The notes under the pieces are model-generated. The model was not told the DNA's origin and did no database searches. It saw only the letters and a list, made by a program, of their open reading frames with translations. A stretch of DNA of 64,000 bases from Blasia pusilla (taxonomy: Eukaryota), in the NCBI GenBank assembly GCA_050084515.1, contig CM114271.1:33046001-33110000 (forward strand), written 5' to 3'. The position numbers and the translations under genes are program-made. Positions 13,400 through 24,570 of this stretch are shown here, one piece after another (the first letter of the stretch is position 1; every line of letters begins with the position of its first letter).

Positions 13400-15150
13400 T
13401 CCTTACTTATATGGCTTTGCATGCCCTCATCCAATCATAACCTTTCCTCCCGGTTCTCCTTCTCATTGTATATCTCATCATATTCCTCCCACTACTCATA
13501 CATCGATTACACTTTCTATATTTCTTCCCTATCCTCCTCATATCTCTTATCCATCCCTTCCCAAGTTCCCAATCATCAAAAACTCGATCTATTACTATTG
13601 AATCCGACTACTTTGTCATCCTCACATAGCTTATTTGAACCCTTGCTTAGCTTCCAACTCCCATCTTTTCTATCCTTATTCTTCTTCTTCCTCCTTCCCC
13701 AACTTACTTACCCCAACATGGTCATTTATCATCATCTCATGTGATGTTGAGTATGTTCTCCTTCATGCCTTCCCTTAACAATCAACCCACCTACTCTTGA
13801 TTTTACCATCTATGTCGAAGGTGTTCGAGTTCTTGGTATCCTAATTGGCTTCATAGATTATATATCCTATTTCTTGATTGAGGCCCTTCTAAAATATAAA
13901 GAATGGATTAATTAGTTACATCATCTAGGGAATCCCCAAATTTCTGATGGGAATATCTCCCGATTTTTTCTACGATGTCCGTCCTACCTTCTTCGCACTT
14001 GTCCTCCCACCGTTGTTACATTGATCGGTTTCTTTTGACACTTCTATTATGGCACCTTTTCTTCAATTTCTTCATGTGAAATACAATTAAGGGAGATGAT
14101 AGTGTCTTGGCTTTGCGAAAAAATATCTTGCCTAGTTCTTTTAGAGGTGTGGGGTATTCCTCTACAATTGCATCCACACGAGTAGTGTTTTGGGGTAGTT
14201 GGCCTCTGATCGCTCAAATCATGACTTCAAGGTTTCTCCAAGGAAATGCATCCATCTTGATGGATCATGTGGGCCATATAGAGAAGTGAGATATATTATT
14301 CCAGCAACATTTGAGATATATCTAGACTCTTCTTCCACTTACCACACAAGGAATTCTACCTCCTTTCAATCAATTGATTACATAAGGACTTTCTCTACTG
14401 CAAAGTTGTCTCCAAGAATTTGCACCATATTCATCGAGCTTGTCTATATTCATGTGTGGGTACTAGAGTAGGAGGTTTGGCTTATTGCAAATATTATTAT
14501 TCTTCCATTTTTTCTTCCACGGAGTATATTCTCGATAGCTTTGCAGTTACGCCTTGGGCTTCTTCATTCTTCTCTTCTAGGTATGTCTAATTGTGTATGT
14601 TGGGAGCCCATTGATGCAAAGAATATCCACATTCTCTAATGTACCCATAGTGGTGAACGAATGGCATCCCATGATGTAATTAGAGAGGCAATAGCATCAG
14701 CAGCTCGTATAGAATAGTACACCTTTAGATGAGAGTAACTACATGTCTTACACAAGCAACATCTCATCGACAATTTAATCTTGTTATGCCCCAATCTAGC
14801 TTTCTTCTATTGGGTCATGTGGTGGTTGTTGATTCAACACATTATGACTTGATGTGTTGGGTTGCACATACTAAAGGTTCCACAATTGACGTAGCGCCAA
14901 GAATTAAGGAATAAAGTTATATTGTGAGACATATGACCTAGAGATTCATTCTTTGTACAAAGGAAATTTTTACCACTTACGTATGTCTTTTGTTACTTTC
15001 TTGAAATATGTGCTCCCCACTCGCTTCAAAATCATCAACTCATCCCTTCTTCATAGTAATTTTCTCTCCATTGTCACTACTCATTTTTTACAATGCACCG
15101 CGGTGATATGAAAACATGCACAAGCATTGGTGAGCCGTAGTAGTTGGTGG
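13400..15150 (+). mobile_element. Decayed CRE-like non-LTR retrotransposon (RT thumb, zinc knuckle, restriction-like endonuclease)
   Basis: In order: EGVRVLGILIG (13817), LGNPQIS..RCPSYLLRTCPP (about 13925-14008), LPSSFRGVG..VVFWGSWPLIAQI (about 14128-14220), CVCWEPID..IHIL*CTHSGERMASHDVIREA (about 14593-14690), GHVVVVDST (about 14812). Many stops and frameshifts. Confidence 0.7.
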
Positions 15151-16004
15151 TCACTCCTCTCATCATCCATTCACATCTAACCAAAATTGCAAAGATCCAA
15201 GTCTATAATGCCCACGCTAGCGGGAACACGAGAAACAAATCATAATAACATATCTAAGGAAAAGAGATTTGGATATATATATATCCAAATCTCTTTTATA
15301 GGACACTACTTTGAGGATCCTACAGTTCAAGGTGACTCCCAATCCAAGATGAATGTTTGGGTCCTGCTCCAAAAGTTGTTGGCAACTTGGATTGTGATCC
15401 CATAGATGTAGACTCCGGAGATCTAGGTAGTAGTTCTGTGGGTTCAACTCCAAAAGTCCTAGATGATTGTGTATAAGTTGACCCATGGGAATTTGGTGGC
15501 GTTTGTGTGGATCTAACTGAGGAAATGCCTATATATTTATATTTATATTTATTTATATTCTCGACAGCCAAGATTGGAGAGGAGTTGAATCTAGGAAGAG
15601 TGGTTGCCAAATAGGTGAGAACCGGATTTGGAACGTAACAGCGTTTGGGTTTTTATTGTATTTTGGACCATAACTTTTATTCTTGAGATGCGTTTGAAAC
15701 AAGTAAAGAGGCATTGGAAAGCTTATGTAAAGTTGGTTCCAACGCATCAAAGATTTCAAAAAAGGCATAAGCAAATGTTGAGAAACTGCCCAAAATGACA
15801 ATATAGGGAGTTGGGTTGAAGGCCAAAAAAAAGGGTTCGAGAGTCTTTTCCCAAAGATAGGGGAGGCGGAGAATCCCTTAAGTAATAGTAGGGGGAAGGG
15901 TCTCCAAGAGGGTTTGGGATTCGAACACCACTTTGGGGCACAACAAGACGAACGAAGGGCTTATTAAACCCGACCAAGAGGTGGAAAATGCTAGAACAAA
16001 TTTG

Positions 16005-16505
16005 TCGAGAAGTTGTGAGTTCTTTTTCGGCCTCTTATTTTCGTTCTCTTCGCTGCTTAGACAAGCTCAGAGAATAAAATACGAAAAAACAAGGCCTTGT
16101 TTTTTGATGCTTTCCCGTGTTTTTTTGCAATTTTTTTGTTCAACTATGTTTCAAGCAAGCTGCATTATAAACATAAGTAAGAAACCGCCCGCTTGGGCTT
16201 TAGCCCGTATTAAAAATATATATATATGTATATAGAAGTCGCTTAGATTTCAATTATTTTCATTTTTATTGCCAAAAAAGGCACGGAGTGTTCTGTGTAA
16301 AGCGTCCCACTATCCTCGCGGGGAAAGCCCAAGGGGTATTGTAGCATGTAGGTGAGAAGGGGAACACGGCGTGAAACCGATAACGCTAAGTCTACGCGCT
16401 GCTCTTTACTTTAGAAAAGTTTATGTGAACGCCCACGAAAGCACCAATACCTACTACCAGCTCGTCCTGGGACCAATCGGCCAATGGATTCACAGCACCC
16501 TGGGG
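16005..16505. other. Probable organellar (mitochondrial) DNA insertion with group II intron-like sequence
   Basis: CpG-retaining segment with a perfect 22-bp palindrome AAAAAACAAGGCCTTGTTTTTT (16084-16105), a GGGCTTTAGCCC hairpin, GAAA-type loops (GGGGAAAGCCC, GGCGTGAAACCG) and GTAGGTGAGAAGGGGAACACGG. The style resembles plant mitochondrial introns. Not verified by search. Confidence 0.4.
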
Positions 16506-16509
16506 AATA

Positions 16510-16974
16510 TCCGGTCCGGGTCACAGCCGCTCACATAATGGATTGAGAGTTTGGCATTGGGATTCTAAACTCGAACCAAGTCCAATATAGTGGATTTCGG
16601 AGGCCACTTTTGGATTCCAACCCCGACTAATTTAAGTGGGTCTTGGGTTAGGGGCTAATGCAAGGTCCACTAGATAGTTGGGACCGTTAGGCGTGTGAAC
16701 GTTGTTTTAGGTGCCTAGACTATCCAGAAAGTCTATCCCAAGTCTCAAAAGACTTGCCTGTGTTGGGAAGTGAGGAATTAGGAAGGTTGAGCTTGATGAA
16801 ATGTCGAGTCGAGAACTCACTAGGTTGGAAGGGTGATTGACCTAAACTAGACTAATGTGAGTGTGTTTGGGAGTATATCAGTAGTGAGAGTGTGTCTTAC
16901 TAAAAGTAAGCTTTCGCAATACTAGAGACTGACGTTAAAAGGAGTAGACGCACGACATTTACCTCCCAACCAAG
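16510..16974 (-). repeat. Family B LTR fragment preceded by polypurine tract (3' LTR remnant)
   Basis: Minus strand reads GGTTGGGAGGTAAA then TGTCGTGCGTCTACTCC (LTR start at 16957). Body aligns with 24090-24570 and 1780-2330. Confidence 0.6.
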
Positions 16975-17932
16975 CTTCAAAATTCCATTTTTTTCTAATT
17001 TTTATGTACAATGAAATAAACATGGAGAAGAGGTTGGGGGGGGAGGGGGGGGACTTGGAAAATTTTAGGGAGATTGAGAAAAAAAAATCCTAGTAACATC
17101 TTAAAAATGATGAATTTTGCATTCACTAAATTATCGAACCTCTAGGGGCACTTCCAAATCATAAGAGCCTATGAGTTATTATATTTTCTTATTGCACATA
17201 TCACGATGGAAATATTATATGTAGTATAGTATCATATATTTCTATGGATTTCTATAATTAATAATATATTATTAATTAATTATTAATCTTACTTTAGATT
17301 TATGAGCAAGTTATAGATTAGAATGCATGTATGATTGGTATGCTATTTTAACTCTTTTTCCCATGAGAGAAAGATTGACTTTTTATTTAATATCTTTATA
17401 TTTTTAGATTTCAATAGATAAGAAAATTTATTATTGTCATCTGTATCTTTTTATTTAGCAAAAACTTGACATCAAACCAACATTTATAAGAAAAGGATTT
17501 TCATATATTATGTTGAATGATCTATGAAAGTTGAATTTTTTTCATAGAAGAATGTACCAAGAGAATAAATATGTATTAGATACTATTTTATATTATATCC
17601 TGAGAGAAATTTATAATATTTATCAGGTATCACTAGAAGAGATGACATGAGACTCATATTTCCAAGTCATATTTTCATTGCAAAAGAATCTACCACAAAT
17701 AGAAGGATGAATCAAATTTCATATGACAATGTAATAAATTTTATTATAACTTGTAAAAAGAGAAACCAATAGAGAGAATGGGAGATTAGGCATCTTACTT
17801 TATAGTTTATCCACCTTGGAGATTAAGCAAACATTGATTTGTTTCATTGAAAAAAATCGGAATGTATGACGTTATGAAAATGCATATGTAAGCCCATGTT
17901 GCGTCAAACTTGTTTCTACTTCTTAGTAAAGA

Positions 17933-17936
<4 letters not shown>

Positions 17937-17970
<34 letters not shown>
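17937..17970. repeat. (GA)17 microsatellite
   Basis: Directly visible. Confidence 0.95.
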
Positions 17971-17972
<2 letters not shown>

Positions 17973-19049
17973 CAAAAGATTAGGTTATGAAGATTAGATT
18001 CTAAGGTTTGAGATTTAAAGTGGTTAACCTACAAAAGTACACACATCATTTCCATGCCAATCATAACACTTTGTGGATATTCATATATCATGTGGATCGC
18101 TAGTGTTCAAATGATGATTTTGTAGTTGAACTATAATTTATTATTTATGCTACAAGGAGAGAAATGTATTTAGAAGTATGGAATACTACTATGATGACAC
18201 ATCACCCATTTCATATTTAAGAAGCTATAGTATCTATACATTAACTTTAATAAATAAGAAAGAATCAAACATAAGCATCTTACATTCTCAACAGAAGATA
18301 ATCATAAGATTGGCCATAAAAATTTTCAACAAGAATAAATAGAACCCAAAAATCTTAGTTACATCTTCTATTTTGTTATTCTTCTCATAAGAAGAAAATA
18401 CGTTTTGAAATAATTTTTATGTTGTAGACAATCTATCAACCATTGCCTCAACGTTAAAAAGAAATGAAGTTTTGAATTTCATATATCATAATGAATATTT
18501 TGTACGAACAAGTGGTAAAGTGGAAATCATATCATCCTTTCTAATCATCTCTACTATTTGTAGAGAATATCCATAAATTATGAGGATTATCTTTCAGGAA
18601 ATTTTTTTATAAATATTTGTTAAGTTCCTAGGTTCTAGTATATAATTTTTATTGATTAAAAGGCTATAATACATGAGTTAAGAATTTTAGATATGCAAGA
18701 GAACTGGATTTTTTCAAGTTTTTATAATTTTTGGCAATTAAATGGCATTTATTAATCTCAATTGTAAATTTTAATTTCCTTAAACTATATATTAATAAGG
18801 ATTTATTTATTCATGATAAGTTTATTTCAAATTTAATATTTATATAAATAAGGAAATAATTTTATAGAAAATATAAGAAGTATAATCTTACTAGGAATTA
18901 ATTGAAATATGGACAAGATTTGTAATTGTAAGAAAATTTGATATCGTGTAAAATAATATCTTTCCCTTCTCATTAAAGGTTAATTACTATTAAAATCCAA
19001 TTAAAGATAAGAAAAAACCTATTCATAGCAAATCTAGTGTGTTAACTCA

Positions 19050-20200
19050 ATATTAGGGGCATTATTACACATCATACATCACTCTCATGAGCATCCATAA
19101 TCACACACATTTGGAACACACCATATTCTCGGCCACTCTTAGTATGATGGTATGTATATAATATGCACACATATTACCACATTGAGAAACCCATAATAAA
19201 ATTAGCTAAGAAATCCTCAGTCTTTGATTTCTTGAAATCCATTGAGCCAAACCCATCCTCTATCTTAGGAAGTTTAGATTGCACACCTAATTGATAACAT
19301 TTTTTCCCTCGTTTTTCCCTTGTTGGTGCTTAATAGGATCAACCATGGATAGATGAGCATCTCCAAGCCCTCATCGCTATATAACCCTACAAAAACCTCC
19401 CAAGGTGATATGTACATGTAGGTTACCCTACATGCATAAGTCTAAACTAAACCACCTCCATACAAACTCCTGATAACTCTCTTGAAAAAATGCAGTATTC
19501 CCTAAAAACGTCATCTTCACTCCCTAATCATCAGACTTAATAGCTCATAGATGATTCTATTGAAAACATTAAAGTGATACCTCATATTTATGTCGTCTTT
19601 CATACACAAAGTATATAAATTCTACTTCAAGAACAACCAACTTGTCAAAGATTTCGTAATGTATATGCTCTAGAACTTGGCCCACAATTTGGGCATAAAA
19701 TCTTCATTCATGATATCATACAACACCTCATTTGCAAGACTCAAACGAATTGTTTTAATAGCTCTCAAATCGATATTATCCCACTCTATAGCAATCTTGT
19801 CCATGAGTATTTTCTCCAACGCCTTGTGTAGTCCTCATTGAACCACCAAATCTCTTATCTTTAATTGCCATAAGCCAAAAAAAATCTTCCCGTCAAATTT
19901 TTCCTCTAAAACTTCGAATAAATATTTCTTGCCCTTACAAAGTTTCCTAGCCTAAGCTCTAATGCCCATTCTTTGAAGAAATTGGAAAATCACTCAAACA
20001 AATCATGGATGATAGAATTGGTTCAATCCTATCTAGAAGTCATATCCACAGTCAACCACTCTCGGAATTCAATATACAATGGGTTGTACATATTATATAT
20101 TGCAAACTTTCCAAAACTCTCTCTAATATCTAAATTTGTGCCCACAAAATAACACTAAACCCTAATGTGGCTTCAATAAAATAGCCAAAAGAAATATGTG
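19050..20200 (-). mobile_element. Decayed Ty1/Copia 5' portion (LTR end, PBS, gag)
   Basis: Degenerate tRNA-iMet PBS TGGGCATTAGAGC (about 19968-19956) followed by EKFDGKIFFGLWQLKIRDLVVQ*GLHKAL, a Tnt1-type gag N-terminus. Confidence 0.7.
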
Positions 20201-20559
20201 TATTGTACCACGGGGGCGAGACACTTCGCCTTAGTGGGGGGAGGGAGGGCTAAGAAATTTCCCATCTCTTCTATCACATTTTTTATATCCAATCGAAAAG
20301 TATCTATAGGGTGCCTTCGAGGAGATCATTTGGCTTAGAGATTTAATTGAGGACCATATCCGTGGAGAGGATACACCTACAACTCATACTCCTACTGAGA
20401 GAAGTGTCATACTACTTGCATTGTTTCATGGAGGAAAGGTGCCTTATGGGATTGGAATGAGGAGCATTGGCAATTAGCATACGAACATGTGTGAATGGTA
20501 GGGAGTAAGACCTTTGCGCAAAACAAACATAGGTCAAACGATCTTGAGGTAGTATGAGT

Positions 20560-21125
20560 GTTACGTTGTCACCCTTAGATATCTCACTAATGGCGCAACA
20601 CATTCAATTTGAGGGTGTGAGGGTGATGGATCTTTTTGGAGGGGTCAACATTGGGTTTGTTATTGTGCCAACCTAGCTAGTGTTGAGTGCAATAGTGTGT
20701 GTATTTTAGTACTTTCCATACGTGTCACACTCCAACAAGTGACACAGTTGTAACTACATTTTCCTATTTGCAACCCCCATCGGTCTTGAAGAGTTATTAG
20801 AGTTTCTTACTGAAGAACATTTTCTTGCTGGTAGCATAGGACTTATATTGCATAGAGACCATTGATTTAGTCATAATAGGTTGGCTATCTCAGGACTAGT
20901 TGAGTGGTGGAAGAGAAGGTGATTTTGGAGACTCTCCATCTAGATTATTTAGGGAGATGTTGAGGATCTTGCAGCATTTCCAAGGGCATCAATCTCATTC
21001 ACGAACTTACATGTTGGAGAATGTACCAATTTTGGATGATTCTCGTTCATAAGTGGCCATTGGAGACGATGTTACACCAAATGTGTGCTTGGATCGGACC
21101 AACAATATTTTTGGATGTATCAACC
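20560..21125 (+). pseudogene. Decayed DNA (cytosine-5)-methyltransferase domain, probably retrotransposon-borne
   Basis: Motif I EGVRVMDLFGGVNIG (20611-20655). Motif IV IDLVIIGWLSQD (20861-20896; GWPCQ with PC mutated to LS). Motif V-like GDSPSRLFREMLRIL. Motif VI YMLENVP (21008-21028). Then CAWIGPTIFLDV. Order and spacing correct, no introns, several stops and frameshifts. Confidence 0.8.
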
Positions 21126-21236
21126 ATATTTTCATGAACACGTTTGCACATAAGTAGTATTGCAAGCATAGTGGGTGCCAAAGAATGGGATTGGATCCTA
21201 CAATGAGCCAGACTATATATTCATGTGGGAGGAAAC

Positions 21237-21527
21237 CAAGGTTTCATATGGACAAAGTCCATGTCCATGGATTTACGTCCATCATATAGAAAGACTTATC
21301 CATATGGGCACTATCTTTCCCTTCTTGTTCATCCCCCCCACTTGCCTTCGTGATCTGCACTTTCTCATTTTTTCCTCCTCCAATATCCACTCCCTCCCCC
21401 TTTATTGCCCCGCCCACCCTTACCTTGCCCTTCACCATGAACTATAAGTGTAGGCCTACTTTTTGTAATCCATGTCCGTGGACATGTCCAAACATATATG
21501 TCTTAAGAATGGACTTGTCCATTTTTG
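21237..21527 (+). mobile_element. hAT-type MITE, copy 1 (one end truncated)
   Basis: Starts CAAGGTTTCATATGGACAAAG. It is the reverse complement of the copies at 21826-22156 and 53011-53337. Second TIR missing. Confidence 0.75.
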
Positions 21528-21825
21528 GATCAAGTGATAAGTCAGTATGGCAAACCAATGGAGGTTTTGATAGACTAGGATAAAGAGTTTTATGGTGAGT
21601 TTCAAGCTTTTTATGATTAGGCCTCGATGGACCACCATTGTACCACACCACTTTGCGAATGGTGGAGATGGTGAAGACGGATTTACACAAGTATAACTTG
21701 CAAGATTCAAGATTGGGGTTTGCATACGATTGGGGCCTATGATTTCCATGGTTGGCAATAAGATATAGAGTAAGTACACGAGCATCTTGGTGTGTTTCTC
21801 ACTTTCTTTCTTTTTGCTTTATGAG

Positions 21826-22156
21826 CATGGTTGCACAAAAAATGGACAAGTTTGTCCCTATGACAAACATAGACAAACACGTCTAGATATATCCACGGAT
21901 ACAGATTGTAAGAGTTGAGGCCCATACTTATAGGTAATGGTAGAAATCAAGGTGGCGGCCAGTAGGGCAATAAGAGGGAAGGGAGTGGAAATGGAGGGAG
22001 GAAGAAATAGGAAAGTGCAAAACACGGAACGTAGTGGGGGAATTGAGAAAGAAGGGGGAGGCGGGGCATATATGGAAAAGTCCCTCCATATAACAAATGT
22101 AAGTCCACGGATATGGATATTTCCATGGACATTGAATTTGTCCACATGCAACCTTG
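21826..22156 (-). mobile_element. hAT-type MITE, copy 2 (331 bp, intact ends)
   Basis: TIRs CATGGTTGCA...TGCAACCTTG. Perfect 8-bp TSD TTTATGAG (21818-21825 and 22157-22164). GGACA/TGTCC subterminal repeats. Confidence 0.9.
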
Positions 22157-23192
22157 TTTATGAGCAAGAGTCTGATTTACGTGCAACCATTCGTCGGGAA
22201 ATTAAATTTGTGAGGTGTTTAACCTTGATGATGTTGATACGTGGGTGCAACCTTGTTCTCCGTGGATTAAGTTGTTTCAAATATTGACGCCGATGTCATT
22301 CGAGAACTTGGCTAATGCGTAACATCGAGACACCTTGAGATAAACAACTATTCGAGGAGGATCGAGGTTATTGACTCCTAAACTAGAGGTTTTGTTAGGG
22401 AGACTATGTCTACTATCAGTAGACGTCACATATAACATTAGATGTTATAGTAGGGCGCACCATCTTGAGAGTGCCTGAGGTATTGTCATCCTCTCTTTTC
22501 TTATTGAAAGATTGTGATAGTATGATTTGGAAGGTAGCTATCCAAAGTTAGAGGAACTTAACCACCATTAAGGGGGCGATTGGATATATATTTTTTGGTA
22601 TACGATTGATTCTCTATGTCTATAGATATCATGAGTGAGTATGGTATATTGTGTTTATGTATGTGTGGATGATGGCAACGATGTATGTGGTATAATAATG
22701 TATATGCATACGACAATTATCATATCTTTTATAAGTGATCAAGGAGTATCTATAGGGTATATTTAAGGAGATTAAAGGAAAACCTCGAGAGGTCAATGAT
22801 GATCTATTGAGGACTAGGATAACCTTAGAGAACATGTTTCCCCTTATTTGGACTCATTTGGAGGTATATTAAGGAACTTATTCGAAGAATTTCCATTCCA
22901 TTTCTAAAAGCGATCTTTGAACCCCTACTACGTGTCACAACCCTCAAAGGTAAAAAATCAGATATAACATTAGAACTCTAGTGGAATCACACTAGGATCA
23001 ATGCCCGTCATAATATCTAGAATGAGACATGAATTGTAAGCAAGACACAAACCTTATTGGGCATTTAAAGTGATGATGGTTGTGACCTAGTAGAATAAGA
23101 CCAAATGCCAAACACCACTTAAGAGGGCTCAAGCCCAAAATAGTTGGGTGCCAAGGGGATTGCAACCTCACTTGGAACTTAGGGATTCTCCA

Positions 23193-23233
23193 CGTTTGAG
23201 GTCATATCGGCTATACCGATATGACCTCAAACG
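23193..23233. repeat. Perfect 18-bp inverted repeat with 5-nt loop
   Basis: CGTTTGAGGTCATATCGG-CTATA-CCGATATGACCTCAAACG. Confidence 0.9.
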
Positions 23234-23344
23234 CGTCATTCCAACTCACTAAAGATCTAGACAAATGTGTGAGCAGCAATTGAGAAACCATCCATCAAAA
23301 TAATAGTTGGATTGAGGACCACAAGGAGTGGCCCAAGAGAACTT

Positions 23345-23970
23345 TGTCGTACGCATACACATTGCTACACAACCCACATCTCTGGTCACATCTACACACC
23401 ACAAAACACTGATCTTATCCAACATACGGGTAGATCCACATATAAATGAAATACACTCACGCATATACATTGAGATCCCACAACAAAATATGAGTAATAA
23501 AATCGGCTCACCCAGCCTAAAACTCCACTCATGAATCTACATTGGCATATCAAACCACATCCACCCTCCGCTATGAGGGAATTCGGACGCTAGCACCCTA
23601 ACTCCTACACACCCACACACGTCTATGCAAGAGAGTCGCTCCTAAGGCTCAACATAAGAAAAATGGCTTGGGAAAGCCATCTTTCTCAATCTTATACCCT
23701 TGGGAAGAGCCAAAAGGATCTTCCCCTAAAAATAGCCCTACCAACGGTAACATGCGTGCACAGGTCACCGGGTGACCGTAGACTCGGTCAACGGGTCACT
23801 TGATGGACTAAAACCAAAATGGGGAAATCGCCATAAACAACATTCCTAACACAACAGACCTATTGCCAACCTCATCCGACATCTCGGAACGAAGTTACAC
23901 CCAACAACCCGCTGACTCTCTATGTCGTCGACGCGATAGAACTCTACTTACGTCAAAATAAGATGTGACA
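23345..23970 (+). mobile_element. Solo LTR (TGTCGT...GTGACA) with 4-bp TSD
   Basis: Starts TGTCGTACGCATACAC, ends TGTGACA, flanked by ACTT on both sides. Body aligns with 27721-28166. Confidence 0.8.
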
Positions 23971-23976
23971 ACTTTC

Positions 23977-24083
<107 letters not shown>

Positions 24084-24089
24084 ATAAAT

Positions 24090-24570
24090 AAGGGGGAGGG
24101 TCATGGGGATGAACTAAGGGCATACCATGGATCGAAAGGTTGGCTTCATGGTGTGGGAACTAATCCAAGTCCAAGAATGGCAATTATGGATAGCAACCTT
24201 AGATCTTGACTTAGGACTCAGATATTGGATCACGACTAGAGACTTGTTCGAGGTCTATTGGGCAGTTGGAACCACCAGATGGACTAACGCTATTTTAGAT
24301 TTGTGGACTATCAAGGAAGTGTATCCCAAGTCTTGAAGGACTTACTTGTGCTAGGGATAAAGGGGTTAGGTCGGTATCTGATCCCTCTTTGATCTGTTGA
24401 GCTTGAGTCTTAGACTTGGGAGATGTTGAGATTGGTTGACCCAAACAGTGCCTAATGTGAGTGTGTTTGGATGCAAATCCGTAAGGAGAGCATGACCTAC
24501 TGAACTTAAGCTTTCGCAATAGATGAAATCAACATTCAAGAGGAGTAGGCGTAGGCGTAGGCGCATGACA
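24090..24570 (-). repeat. Family B LTR fragment
   Basis: Minus strand starts TGTCATGCGCCTAC at 24570. Aligns with 16510-16957. Confidence 0.6.

Noticed and set aside
17100-19000. AT-rich stretch possibly from a DNA transposon
   Set aside because: Only a weak LAIKIF-like hint; no termini or ordered transposase motifs could be established.
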